DNA from: an uncultured Nitrospiraceae bacterium
GTDB lineage: Bacteria > Nitrospirota > Thermodesulfovibrionia > Thermodesulfovibrionales > UBA1546
Direction of reading: 5' to 3'
DNA length: 33,933 bases
NCBI GenBank assembly: GCA_964532335.1
Contig: CAZHHV010000001.1
Span: forward strand, 3,327 to 37,259
Of this stretch, positions 8,227-17,740 are shown one piece after another. The position numbers and the translations under genes were made by a program. Below the pieces are notes generated by a model. That model was not told the DNA's origin. It saw only the letters and a program-made list of their open reading frames with translations, and did no database searches. Each line of letters opens with the position of its first letter. Within the stretch, counting starts at the first letter, position 1.

Positions 8227-10146
8227 CTACCTCAACAACATCACTGCCATTATTATCAACAAGCCCAGCGCCATTATTGCTGCATAGTGCTGTAACAAAC
8301 CTGTCTGGACTTTCCTCAGAATCCGGCTGAATTGTCCGATCCCTTTTGGGACACCATTAACAATAGCCTCAATAATCCTTGCATCCGTAATCCCGATGAG
8401 TATATTTTTGGCTGTCCAGATTGTTGGCCTCACGATTATAAAACTGTAAAGTTCATCCACATAGTATTTATTCCAGAGTATTTTATATGCGGCATTGAAT
8501 TTCTGAGCGAGCATGACAGGGATATCAGTCTTTGCAAGATAGAATAATGCTGCAAGCCCTATCCCTGAAAAACCTGCGATTACTGATATTGCCATCACCA
8601 TCCATTCCTCTGCATGTGTGCCGTGCGCTTCGGGATGCCCGAGCACAGGTTTTAAAAATTCCGTGAAATGCACGCCTCCTCCAAGCAGATGGGGAATCCC
8701 AATCCATCCTGATGCAACAGCGCCGACGCAGAGAATCACCAATGGTATTGTCATGGCCTTTGGAGATTCATGGAGATGATGTTCCTGTTCGTGCGTGCCC
8801 CGGAATTTTCCGTGGAACGTGAGGAATATAAGCCTGAATGAATAAAATGCTGTAAGGAACGCAACAACAGTCCCGATAGCCCACACGAATTTCCCCACAG
8901 GACTCTGCCCTGAATATGCAAGCCAGAGTATTTCATCCTTGCTGAAGAATCCTGCAAAGCCGGGCACGCCTGCAATGCTCAATGACGCAAAGAGCATTGT
9001 CCAGTATGTAATTGGCATATATTTCTTAATGCCGCCCATCTTCTGAAGGTCAAGCTCTCCTGACATTGCGTGCATTACGCTCCCTGCGCACAGGAAAAGA
9101 AGGGCTTTAAAAAATGCATGTGTGTAAAGATGGAACATTCCTGCGGTGTAAGCTCCGACTCCTGCTGCAAGGAACATATATCCGAGTTGGCTGATGGTTG
9201 AATACGCTATAATCCTTTTTATATCATTCTGTACAAGGCCGATAGTCGCAGCAAAGAGTGATGTTATAGCCCCTGTTAATGCAACCACTATAAGCGCTGT
9301 TTCAGAAAGGCTGAATATCGGACTGCACCTTGCAACGAGGAAAACACCTGCCGTAACCATTGTTGCCGCGTGTATCAGCGCGCTGACAGGGGTAGGACCC
9401 TCCATTGCATCAGGAAGCCAGACATGAAGCGGCATCTGCGCTGACTTCCCAATTGAGCCGCAGAAAAGAAGAAGCGCAATCAATGTCATAAGATGCACGT
9501 CATATCCAAGGAAATTAATTGTTTGTGCTGCAAGGCCCTTTGCCTGTGAAAAGACAGGCTCATAATAAACGGTTCCGAATGTGAGGAATATCATTATTAT
9601 TCCGAGACCGAAGCCGAAGTCGCCAAACCTGTTCACTATAAAAGCCTTTTTGCCTGCGTCAGAGGCTGACTTCTTGTCAAAGTAATATCCTATGAGAAAG
9701 TATGAACACAAGCCGACCCCTTCCCATCCAAAATACAACTGGAGGAAGTTATTAGCCATAACAAGCATGAGCATACAGAAAGTAAATAGACTGAGATATG
9801 CAAAAAACCTGTAATATCCTTTATCTCCATGCATATAACCAACAGAATATATATGTATGAGGGTACTGCAGGTTGTTACAACAACAAGCATTACCGCAGT
9901 AAGCGGGTCAATAAGAAAACCCACAGAGACCTTGAATTCGCCGGAAACAATCCATGAGTAGATGTCTTCATTTATAACCTTGCCTGACAGGACATCAGGC
10001 AGTGTCATTACAGTCACAACCCATGACCCGGCAACCGCAAGTATTGATACCCAGTGGCTATGCTCCTTCAGATACTTCCTGCCGAAAAGAATATTTATCA
10101 AAAAAGCGGCAAGCGGCAGAAATGGTATTAAAAGATAGTTGTTCAT
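8227..10146 (-). CDS. nuoL: NADH-quinone oxidoreductase subunit L
   Basis: It is a 639 aa antiporter-like subunit with a long C-terminal extension, containing MPLHVWLPDAMEGPTPVSALIHAATMV. Confidence 0.95.
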   Translation of the reverse strand: MNNYLLIPFLPLAAFLINILFGRKYLKEHSHWVSILAVAGSWVVTVMTLPDVLSGKVINEDIYSWIVSGEFKVSVGFLIDPLTAVMLVVVTTCSTLIHIYSVGYMHGDKGYYRFFAYLSLFTFCMLMLVMANNFLQLYFGWEGVGLCSYFLIGYYFDKKSASDAGKKAFIVNRFGDFGFGLGIIMIFLTFGTVYYEPVFSQAKGLAAQTINFLGYDVHLMTLIALLLFCGSIGKSAQMPLHVWLPDAMEGPTPVSALIHAATMVTAGVFLVARCSPIFSLSETALIVVALTGAITSLFAATIGLVQNDIKRIIAYSTISQLGYMFLAAGVGAYTAGMFHLYTHAFFKALLFLCAGSVMHAMSGELDLQKMGGIKKYMPITYWTMLFASLSIAGVPGFAGFFSKDEILWLAYSGQSPVGKFVWAIGTVVAFLTAFYSFRLIFLTFHGKFRGTHEQEHHLHESPKAMTIPLVILCVGAVASGWIGIPHLLGGGVHFTEFLKPVLGHPEAHGTHAEEWMVMAISVIAGFSGIGLAALFYLAKTDIPVMLAQKFNAAYKILWNKYYVDELYSFIIVRPTIWTAKNILIGITDARIIEAIVNGVPKGIGQFSRILRKVQTGLLQHYAAIMALGLLIIMAVMLLR

Positions 10147-10150
10147 TTTC

Positions 10151-10453
10151 TCATCCCTTCATCTCATCCATTTCATCAACATGAACAGTGTCCTTGTTCC
10201 TGAACAGCGCGATAATTATCGCAAGCCCTATCGCGGCCTCTGCCGCTGCGACAGTGATTATAAAGATAACAAGAATCTGCCCTCTCATGTTCTGCAGGTA
10301 ATGGCTGAATGCCACAAGGCTGATATTCACTGCATTCAGCATAAGCTCTATTGACATGAACATTATTATGATATTCCTTCTTGTAAGGAACCCGAAGACT
10401 CCTATCATAAAAACCACTGCGCTCAACATCAGATACCAGTTCAAAGGAACCAT
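10151..10453 (-). CDS. nuoK: NADH-quinone oxidoreductase subunit K
   Basis: It is 100 aa with 3 TM segments and a conserved membrane-embedded Glu ([22 protein letters not shown]). Confidence 0.95.
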   Translation of the reverse strand: MVPLNWYLMLSAVVFMIGVFGFLTRRNIIIMFMSIELMLNAVNISLVAFSHYLQNMRGQILVIFIITVAAAEAAIGLAIIIALFRNKDTVHVDEMDEMKG

Positions 10454-10467
10454 AGCTTGCTCCGCAA

Positions 10468-10529
10468 GAATTCAAAATTTAAAATTGAAAATTCAAAATT
10501 CTTGAATATTGGATATTGAATATTGAATC
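10468..10529. repeat. AT-rich two-armed tandem-repeat hairpin, nuoK-nuoJ junction
   Basis: The left arm has about 8-9 nt units (aaaattcaa / aaattgaaa). The centre is attcaaAATTCttgaat. The right arm has 8 nt units (atattgga / tattgaat). The arms are only partly complementary. Confidence 0.6.
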
Positions 10530-10538
10530 TTCTTTTCA

Positions 10539-11051
10539 TCAGCTTCTTGTCTTCCTTTTCGCGAGTACTATTGCCCCTATAATCGCAACAAGCAGCACAA
10601 GGGAAGCTATTTCAAAAGGAAAAAGGTAATCGGTGTATAACAGAGTTCCAAGCGCCTTTGTATGAGTCTCCTGTTTTATAAATTCAATGGAATATTTTCC
10701 GGCAGGCCCCGGCACAAAAGACTTTACTACACTCAAGACAATCACAAGCAAAGCCGCAGTTACAAAAAGCCCGGCGGGCCATGCGCCTATAAATCTTTTT
10801 ACTTTAAGTTCCTCCCTAAGATTCAGAAGAAGCAAAACAAAAAGGAACAGCACGAGTATTGCTCCTGCATAAACTATAATCTGTATTGCCGCGATAAACT
10901 CGGCGTTCAGGAACAGATAAAGACCTGCAATGTGCAAGAAAAGCAAAAGCATCCACATAACGCTGTGCACAGGGTTGCTTCTCGTAACAACCAGCAGCGA
11001 AAAGATGACTATCGCAGAAGCGTAATATGCAAAAAATAATTCAGGCAACAT
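10539..11051 (-). CDS. nuoJ: NADH-quinone oxidoreductase subunit J
   Basis: It is about 170 aa, hydrophobic, and in the expected operon position. The ATG at 11051 has GGAG 6 nt upstream. The track start at 11054 is a GTG. Confidence 0.92.
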   Translation of the reverse strand: MLPELFFAYYASAIVIFSLLVVTRSNPVHSVMWMLLLFLHIAGLYLFLNAEFIAAIQIIVYAGAILVLFLFVLLLLNLREELKVKRFIGAWPAGLFVTAALLVIVLSVVKSFVPGPAGKYSIEFIKQETHTKALGTLLYTDYLFPFEIASLVLLVAIIGAIVLAKRKTRS

Positions 11052-11068
11052 CACACGCTCCGCTTTTC

Positions 11069-11146
11069 TGTCATTCCAGCAGTTCTTAAGCGGGAATCCA
11101 GAAGATTAATTAAAAGACTGGATTCCGTGTCAAGCACGGAATGACA
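11069..11146. repeat. GTCATTCC...GGAATGACA double-hairpin element, nuoJ-nuoI junction
   Basis: The sequence is tgtcattcc...gggaatccag, then a spacer, then ctggattccGTGtcaagCACggaatgaca. The reverse complement of the right arm is identical (29 nt) to the left arm of the element at 25976. Confidence 0.85.
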
Positions 11147-11186
11147 TTTTTTATTGTCCTTTGTGTCTCTTTGAGATATATGTGTT

Positions 11187-11738
11187 TTATTTTGCATTCT
11201 TAACTCCCCTAAACATCGCCTGGCCTTCATATCCATGGAAGTCCTCTGCTTTCGGTCTCCAGAAATCTCTGAAATATCTCCTGCCTTTCTCTCCTGCAAA
11301 ATATTTATCCCAGTTAGAGAGAAGTTTTTCTTTCGTCATATAAAAAGGCTCTCTTGAATAATCCGAATATTCGTAATGCTCGCTCAATGTGATTGCGCCG
11401 AAAGGACATGCCTCAACGCAGAACCCGCAGTAAATGCATCTGAGAACCTCTATCTCATACCTGTCCACAACCTTTGTATGGTCTTCGCCGTCCGATGTGT
11501 AGATGTATATGCACTTTGACGGGCAGTAAGCTCCGCAGAGTCCGCAGCCAACACACTTCATCCTGCCATTTTCATCCTTCGCAAGCGCATGAAGCCCCCT
11601 GAACCCCGGCTTCACAGGCCTTTTAACCTTGGGATAGCGCCTGGTCACAGCAGGTGTGAACATGGTTTTGAGAGTCAATGCAAGACCCTTCAGAATCTCC
11701 ACAAAAAATATAGTCCTTATTAATTTAGCGGCTGTCAT
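11187..11738 (-). CDS. nuoI: NADH-quinone oxidoreductase subunit I (2x[4Fe-4S] ferredoxin)
   Basis: Two CxxCxxCxxxCP motifs are present (CVGCGLCGAYCP, CIYCGFCVEACP). The start is uncertain: ATG at 11738, or TTG at 11774 in the ORF track. Confidence 0.9.
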   Translation of the reverse strand: MTAAKLIRTIFFVEILKGLALTLKTMFTPAVTRRYPKVKRPVKPGFRGLHALAKDENGRMKCVGCGLCGAYCPSKCIYIYTSDGEDHTKVVDRYEIEVLRCIYCGFCVEACPFGAITLSEHYEYSDYSREPFYMTKEKLLSNWDKYFAGEKGRRYFRDFWRPKAEDFHGYEGQAMFRGVKNAK

Positions 11739-11785
11739 GCTGAATAAAATGAATTGCCTCGTAGTAAGTTGCAAGGCAGAAAGTC

Positions 11786-11861
11786 TGTCATTCCGGCTTG
11801 TCCGGAATCTTTTTTTGTTTTTAAAAAGGATTCCCGACGCGCTTTGCTTGCGGGAATGACA
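11786..11861. repeat. GTCATTCC...GGAATGACA element, nuoI-nuoH junction
   Basis: The sequence is tgtcattccGGcttgtCCggaatc, then a T/A-rich centre, then ggattcccgacgcgctttgcttgcgggaatgaca. Confidence 0.8.
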
Positions 11862-11898
11862 ACTGTTAGGTTTTTAATTGTCGAAGCATTAATGTGTT

Positions 11899-12951
11899 TC
11901 ATACCAATATTTTCACTAATCCAGTTACTACTATATTCAATAAAGCTAATGGGATTAATATCTTCCATCCTATAGCCATAAGCTGGTCATACCTGTATCT
12001 CGGCAGTGTTGCCCTGGCCCAATAATAAAAGAACATAAAGGCATAAACCTTTATCAGAAACCACACAATACCGGGCACATTCAGCAAGAAAGGCATTGCA
12101 TCTGAAATAAACTTCGGTATTGTCCACCCTCCCAAAAAACACAATGCCGCTATAGAAGACATTATCAGCATCGCCGTGTATTCGCCGAGGAAAAATAGTG
12201 CGAACCTGAATCCGCTGTATTCCGTAAAATATCCTGCAACAAGCTCGCTTTCCGCCTCCGGCAGATCAAAAGGGAGCCTGTTCGTCTCTGCGAATGCAGC
12301 AACAACAAATATAAAGAAACCTAAAAACTGCGGTATGGCAAACATTCCTGCAGGATATTGATGCTGTGCCCTGACAATATCAGAAAGGTTAAGGGAACCT
12401 GCCATCATCATAACGCCCACAAGGCTAAGGCCCATTGCAATCTCATAACTGATTACCTGTGATGCTGACCTCAGCCCGCCAAGGAATGAATATTTGGAGT
12501 TTGACGCCCACCCTGATAATATAATTCCATAAGCTCCGAGAGAAGACATTGCAAAAAGAAAAAGCAGGCCTATATTTATGTGAGCTATCACAAAGCCGTC
12601 GAAAAACGGAAGCACTGACAATGACGTGAGAGCCGAAACCATGAATATGACAGGCGCAAGATAGAACAACGGCTTATCTGCATTTGCAGGTATAATGTCT
12701 TCTTTAAAGAACAGTTTTATCCCGTCTGCAATCGGCTGTAATAATCCATGCCATCCTACTTCAATGGGGCCAAGCCTTACCTGCATGTGACCTATTACTT
12801 TGCGCTCCCAGTAAGTTGCATAAGCAACATGAAGAAGCGTTATTCCAAGGACAACGGCGATATTTACGAGAATAATCCCAATATCTATCCCAAGCTTAAT
12901 CATAGGGTTCATTGCAGCCGCATTATCTATAAACTGAAGAATGTCGTTCAT
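11899..12951 (-). CDS. nuoH: NADH-quinone oxidoreductase subunit H
   Basis: It is a 350 aa polytopic protein with ND1/NuoH motifs (ERKVIGHMQVRLGP, FAETNRLPFDLPEAESELVAGY). Its start overlaps the nuoG stop (ATGA). Confidence 0.95.
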   Translation of the reverse strand: MNDILQFIDNAAAMNPMIKLGIDIGIILVNIAVVLGITLLHVAYATYWERKVIGHMQVRLGPIEVGWHGLLQPIADGIKLFFKEDIIPANADKPLFYLAPVIFMVSALTSLSVLPFFDGFVIAHINIGLLFLFAMSSLGAYGIILSGWASNSKYSFLGGLRSASQVISYEIAMGLSLVGVMMMAGSLNLSDIVRAQHQYPAGMFAIPQFLGFFIFVVAAFAETNRLPFDLPEAESELVAGYFTEYSGFRFALFFLGEYTAMLIMSSIAALCFLGGWTIPKFISDAMPFLLNVPGIVWFLIKVYAFMFFYYWARATLPRYRYDQLMAIGWKILIPLALLNIVVTGLVKILV

Positions 12952-15620
12952 AAACCAGCCTTCTCTATAGCTACTGTATTCCCATCCAGAACAGGGGCCC
13001 TTGTAACAGGCTCTATATCATAGCCCATCAATCTATATGCGCTCTTGCCTTCAAAATTATTAGTGAGCATGACTGAAAAATTGTCTAATGCTTTATCGAT
13101 AACCACAGGCAGTTCAATTGAACCAGTCTTTGTGGAAACTCTGACAACTTCACCCTCTTTAAAGGAAAGCTCCTTAGCTGTATCCGGACTTATTCTTACA
13201 ACCGCCTCAGGATATATCTTCACAAGTGCAGGCACCCTTCTGCTCAAAGTGCCTGAATGGAATAGCGGCCTTTCAATTCTAAGATAAAGTTTCCCGTTAA
13301 CACTAAGTCTCTCTGCATTATGCGCCTGAATCTCTTCCATCATATCCCTTAATGGTTCTCCCTTATAAGGATAAATTCCCTCTCCTTTTTCTATATCTTC
13401 ATATGTAAGGTTTTTATGTAAAGGGGATGCCTTGCAAATCTCATTGAATATATCTTCAACATTTGAGCAATCGAACTTCTTACCCATATTCTTTGCGATA
13501 TTAGAGATAATCCTCCAGTCCTCCATCCCCTCCCTGTTTACTGCCTTTCTCACACGCTGTATTCTTCTTTCCATGTTTGTGAATGTGCCGTCCTTCTCAG
13601 CCCAGCTAAGCGCAGGCAGCACAACATCGGCAAGCATCCCTGTTTCTGTAAGAAATATGTCCTGCACAACAAGGAACTCGATATTTTTAAGCGCTGATTC
13701 CGCTGAATTAGAATCAGGAAGATTATAAGCAGGATTTTCACCCATTACATACATTGCTTTCAGAGAGCCGTTTCTCGCAGTGTCTATCATCTCAAATATT
13801 GTAAGCCCTTGTTTTTCAGGTATCTCACTCTTCCAGATGCTTTCGTATCTTCTTCTGAACTCCACATAAGAAACGGGCCTGTATCCTGGCAGTATATCAG
13901 GTGCGCATCCCATGTCAAGAAGTCCCTGCTCATTTGCCCTGTCAGAAAGCAGATAGATCCTTCCGTTAATAAGATAGTTTATTGCTGATAGGAGCAGGAG
14001 CTTGTAGCTTGCTCCATTACTCTGTGTCGTCTCCTTACCTATTGCTATTGATGGGTTTGTGGATTCTGAAAGGATATTCAAAAACTCATTAAACTCTTTC
14101 TCTCCGATATTGCAGATATTCTTCACATCCTCAACAGAGGTGTTTATATCCTTTATCTTTGCCTCAAGTTTAGGATTTGCATCCGAAAGTCCTTTCTTAT
14201 TTTTTAGTGCAGTAACAATACCTTCAAGCAGAACATCTTCTGTGTATAAGACCGGCACAAGCTTTTGTGGACTGAAATATTCAAGACCTTTGAAATTCCC
14301 TATTGTCAGTATGTTACCACCATTTCTTGAACATGCCCTTATCTGAAGCCCGAGGATAGGATTTATTGTTGTTGGGTCTCCGCCGATCACAAATACAAGA
14401 TCAGAATTCGAAAGACCGGATATTATGTTTGCTGTTGCGCCTTGCCCAAAGATATTCTCTATAAAATTCTGGGCGCCTGCAAAGCCTGTCCTTGCAGTGC
14501 TGTCAATGTTATTTGTCCCGAGCGCAACTCTCATAAATTTCTGGAATATATAATTGTCCTCATTCGTGCATCTCGGTGAGGCAATTCCAGCTATTGCAGA
14601 ATTGCCATACTTCTCTTTAATCTCTGATAGTTTTTTTGCAACAAGGCTTATGGCCTCTTCCCATGTAGCTTCTCTGAAGAGAGACGAGAGACGAGTGACG
14701 AGTGACGAGTTTAATTCAGACATCCATTGCTTATCGTCCTTCGTCCTTCGTCCTTCGTCCTTACTTTCCCTCGGAGCTATTCTTATAAGAGGTGTTGTCA
14801 GCCTCTCTTTGCTTCCTACAAACTCATATCCGAATCTCCCCCTCGTACAGAGAAGCCCGTTATTAACAACAGAACCGATTCTGGGAACAACCCTCTTAAT
14901 CACATCATCACGAACCTGAACAATAAGAGTACATCCAACACCGCAATAGGGACAGATTGTCTCTGTCTCATTCACCATCTGCCACGGCCTGTAACTGTGC
15001 CTGTGGAGTCTTGACATGACTGCTCCGACAGGGCATACAGAGATACAGTTCCCGCAGTATTCGCAATCATATTTGCCGCCCGAGAAAGGCTCAATGTGGG
15101 AATGGCCTCCCCTGCTTATAACGTCAATCGCCGAGGCGCCCTGAACCCCCTCGCACATCCTGACGCATCTGGTGCACATAATACATCTTTCCATATTTCG
15201 AACAATAACAGGGTCTTCGAGGCTTTCAGGAACTTTTCTCTTCTTTTCTTTATATCTACCCTTTGCAGGTCCGTATTTTTCTACAAGGTCCTGCAATTCG
15301 CACTCACCTGCCTTATCGCACACAGGACAATCGAGCGGATGGTTAATAAGCAGAAATTCGAGTGTGCCTCTTCTGACATTGGCTATCTGTTCTGTTTCTG
15401 TTCTGACAACCATTCCGTCAGCAACCATAAGAGTACAGGCTGTCTGAAGTCTTGGTATCTTTTCGACTTCGACAAGACACAGCCTGCATCCGCCGTATCT
15501 TCCAAGCTGTTCATGCCAGCAGAGAGTGGGTATCTTTATCCCTGCAGACCTCGCAGCCTCAAGCACAGTGACAGGCTTCTCTAATTTAATCTCTTTGCCG
15601 TTAATGGTGACTGTAATCAT
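12948..15620 (-). CDS. nuoG: NADH-quinone oxidoreductase subunit G (75 kDa type, with non-catalytic molybdopterin-like domain and an in-frame repeat insertion)
   Basis: The N-terminal [2Fe-2S] region (CRLCLVEV), the His-ligated cluster HPLDCPVCDKAGEC, and the 4Fe-4S motifs are present. In the molybdopterin-like domain, STARTGFAG replaces the FDH Cys/Sec-His site. Confidence 0.93.
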   Translation of the reverse strand: MITVTINGKEIKLEKPVTVLEAARSAGIKIPTLCWHEQLGRYGGCRLCLVEVEKIPRLQTACTLMVADGMVVRTETEQIANVRRGTLEFLLINHPLDCPVCDKAGECELQDLVEKYGPAKGRYKEKKRKVPESLEDPVIVRNMERCIMCTRCVRMCEGVQGASAIDVISRGGHSHIEPFSGGKYDCEYCGNCISVCPVGAVMSRLHRHSYRPWQMVNETETICPYCGVGCTLIVQVRDDVIKRVVPRIGSVVNNGLLCTRGRFGYEFVGSKERLTTPLIRIAPRESKDEGRRTKDDKQWMSELNSSLVTRLSSLFREATWEEAISLVAKKLSEIKEKYGNSAIAGIASPRCTNEDNYIFQKFMRVALGTNNIDSTARTGFAGAQNFIENIFGQGATANIISGLSNSDLVFVIGGDPTTINPILGLQIRACSRNGGNILTIGNFKGLEYFSPQKLVPVLYTEDVLLEGIVTALKNKKGLSDANPKLEAKIKDINTSVEDVKNICNIGEKEFNEFLNILSESTNPSIAIGKETTQSNGASYKLLLLSAINYLINGRIYLLSDRANEQGLLDMGCAPDILPGYRPVSYVEFRRRYESIWKSEIPEKQGLTIFEMIDTARNGSLKAMYVMGENPAYNLPDSNSAESALKNIEFLVVQDIFLTETGMLADVVLPALSWAEKDGTFTNMERRIQRVRKAVNREGMEDWRIISNIAKNMGKKFDCSNVEDIFNEICKASPLHKNLTYEDIEKGEGIYPYKGEPLRDMMEEIQAHNAERLSVNGKLYLRIERPLFHSGTLSRRVPALVKIYPEAVVRISPDTAKELSFKEGEVVRVSTKTGSIELPVVIDKALDNFSVMLTNNFEGKSAYRLMGYDIEPVTRAPVLDGNTVAIEKAGL
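14683..14761. repeat. Two-armed heptamer tandem repeat inside nuoG coding sequence
   Basis: There are four heptamers, GACGAGA plus 3x GACGAGT, at 14683-14710. A 23 nt spacer follows, then 4x TCGTCCT at 14734-14761. The GACGA and TCGTC cores are complementary, 5 of every 7 nt. Confidence 0.85.
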
Positions 15621-15667
15621 GATTTATCCAAATCTGCTAATACGTCCCTCTCTAAAACCCCACTTTT

Positions 15668-15731
15668 TGTCATTCCCGCTTGTCGGGAATCTTTCTTTTC
15701 CCAGAAGGATTGCGGACAAGCTGCAATGACA
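15668..15731. repeat. GTCATTCC...GCAATGACA element, nuoG-nuoF junction
   Basis: The sequence is tgtcattcccgcttgtcgggaatctttcttt...ggattgcggacaagctgcaatgaca. It is nearly identical to the copy at 17047. Confidence 0.85.
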
Positions 15732-15743
15732 TGGAAATACTTT

Positions 15744-17003
15744 TTATTCAAATTTACACTTCCCATCTTTTATATGTTCCTCAAACTCATTTCTGAAATG
15801 TTTTATGAAATTCTGGACAACAGATGCTGCTCCGTCTCCCAGCGGGCAGAATGTCTTGCCAAGCATATTCCCTGAAACAGAAAGCAAAAGTTCTATATCT
15901 CCTTCCACGCCTTCGCCGTTTTCTATCCTTTCAAGAATACTTCTCAGCCATCCTGTGCCTTCACGGCATGGTGTGCACTTTCCGCATGATTCATGCTCAA
16001 GGAATTTCAGCGCCCTATGGCATACTTTAACGAGACACACTGTTTCATCCATCACAATCACGGCGCCTGAGCCAAGCATGCTCCCGTGCTTTGGCATATT
16101 TACAAAATCCATAGGGCAGTCTATCTTATCCGCAGGAAGCACCGGCGTTGTAATCCCGCCCGGAATCACAGCCTTAAGATTCTTCCCTCCCTTAATTCCT
16201 CCGCAGTGTTTATAGATTATGTCCCGCAGGATTGTGCCCATAGGCAGTTCATAAACACCGGGTTTTTCAACATGACCGCTTACACAATAGAGTTTGGGGC
16301 CCGGGCAATCAGAACTTCCGATCTTTGAATATTCCTCACCGCCAATTTCTATAATAAGGGGAATGTTTGACAGCGTCTCTACGTTATTGACAACAGTAGG
16401 TTTTGCAAAAACGCCCACATTAACAGGGAACGGCGGCCTCGTCCTCGGCTGTCCCCTATCCCCCTCCAGTGATTCTATTAAAGCGGTCTCTTCGCCGCAT
16501 ATGTATGCGCCTGCGCCGCGATGAACAGCGAGATGAAACTTTATGCCCTTCCCTAAAATATCATCGCCGAGAAGATTGTTTTCATATGCCTGAGCGATTG
16601 CCCTATTCAGGATATGATATGCGCCCGGATACTCGCCTCTCAGGTATATGTATCCGTACTGTGCTCCGATTGCATAACCTGATATGACCATGCCCTCTAT
16701 CAGGAGATGGGGATTCTTCTCAAGTATAGGCCTGTCTTTGAATGTGCCCGGTTCTCCTTCATCTGCATTGCATAGGAGATATTTCGGGAATTTCGTATCA
16801 GCGCATGCAAAGGACCACTTCATTGCAACCGGGAACCCTGCTCCGCCCCTTCCCCTTAACCCTGCTTTTTTCACTATATCAGTTATGTCGTGCGGCTTGT
16901 CCTCAAACGCCTTCGGAAGACTCCTGTATCCGCCAATTTTTTTGTACTCGTTAATATCAGCTGAATTCGGGTTGTCTATGTTCTTTAAAAGTACTTTTTC
17001 CAT
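15744..17003 (-). CDS. nuoF: NADH-quinone oxidoreductase subunit F (FMN/NADH-binding)
   Basis: GRGGAGFPVAMKW, CNADEGEPGTFKDR and the N3 cluster motif ESCGKCTPCREG are present. Confidence 0.95.
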   Translation of the reverse strand: MEKVLLKNIDNPNSADINEYKKIGGYRSLPKAFEDKPHDITDIVKKAGLRGRGGAGFPVAMKWSFACADTKFPKYLLCNADEGEPGTFKDRPILEKNPHLLIEGMVISGYAIGAQYGYIYLRGEYPGAYHILNRAIAQAYENNLLGDDILGKGIKFHLAVHRGAGAYICGEETALIESLEGDRGQPRTRPPFPVNVGVFAKPTVVNNVETLSNIPLIIEIGGEEYSKIGSSDCPGPKLYCVSGHVEKPGVYELPMGTILRDIIYKHCGGIKGGKNLKAVIPGGITTPVLPADKIDCPMDFVNMPKHGSMLGSGAVIVMDETVCLVKVCHRALKFLEHESCGKCTPCREGTGWLRSILERIENGEGVEGDIELLLSVSGNMLGKTFCPLGDGAASVVQNFIKHFRNEFEEHIKDGKCKFE

Positions 17004-17046
17004 AACCTTAAACTTTTAATAGAAATTCATAAGTGAAACCACGGTT

Positions 17047-17107
17047 TGTCATTCCCGCTTGTCGGGAATCTTTCTTTAGGAAGGATTGCGGACAAGCCGC
17101 AATGACA
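17047..17107. repeat. GTCATTCC...GCAATGACA element, nuoF-nuoE junction (with outer imperfect IR 17029-17042 / 17124-17137)
   Basis: The first 31 nt are identical to the copy at 15668, and the right arm differs at 1 nt. The outer ataagtgaaaccac / gtggtattacttat pair is complementary at 12 of 14 positions. Confidence 0.85.
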
Positions 17108-17168
17108 GAACAAAAATGGTCATGTGGTATTACTTATGGTCTTATTAGTAACTTCTAACTCTTTCCTC

Positions 17169-17633
17169 CTATTTATATTTCGCTAATATTTCCTCTATAT
17201 ACTTTTCCGTAAGATTCTCATAAAAATCGTCATTCACAAGCATTGCAGGCGCTGTGCCGCATGCGCCTATGCATTCCATGATAACAAGTGAAAACCTTTT
17301 GTCAGGAGTTGTCCCTCCGGGTTCAAGCCCGTATTTATTCTTAAGAAAGTCTGAAAGCTTCTCTGCGCCGAGTATCATGCATGAGACATTTGTACATAGC
17401 TGTATAACATGCCGTCCCATAGGCTTATGCTTATACATTGCATAAAACGTCCCCACTCCTCTTGCAATCGCCTTTGGAACACCGAGAGCATCTGAAACAG
17501 CTTCATATGCATCAGCTCCGAGATGCCCGAATTCTCTCTGAGCAATATAAAGGGCAGGCAATAGCGCCGCGCTCGCATCAGGATACTTCTGTCGTATCTC
17601 ATTCAGTTCTTTTATGGCTGCTTCGCTAAACAT
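17169..17633 (-). CDS. nuoE: NADH-quinone oxidoreductase subunit E ([2Fe-2S])
   Basis: It has a thioredoxin-like fold with C-x4-C...C-x3-C (LCTNVSC...CIGACGTAP). Confidence 0.93.
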   Translation of the reverse strand: MFSEAAIKELNEIRQKYPDASAALLPALYIAQREFGHLGADAYEAVSDALGVPKAIARGVGTFYAMYKHKPMGRHVIQLCTNVSCMILGAEKLSDFLKNKYGLEPGGTTPDKRFSLVIMECIGACGTAPAMLVNDDFYENLTEKYIEEILAKYK

Positions 17634-17652
17634 TTCCTTAAATTTTCCTCGC

Positions 17653-17723
17653 CGTCATTCCGCACTTGATGCGGAATCCAGAGCTTCTGATGAGAACTGG
17701 ATTCCCGCCTGCGCGGGAATGAC
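17653..17723. repeat. GTCATTCC...GGAATGACA double-hairpin element, nuoE-nuoD junction
   Basis: The sequence is gtcattccGCActtgaTGCggaatccag, then a 15 nt spacer, then ctggattccCGCctgcGCGggaatgaca. Confidence 0.85.
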
Positions 17724-17740
17724 AAAACTAAAAACTGTAT

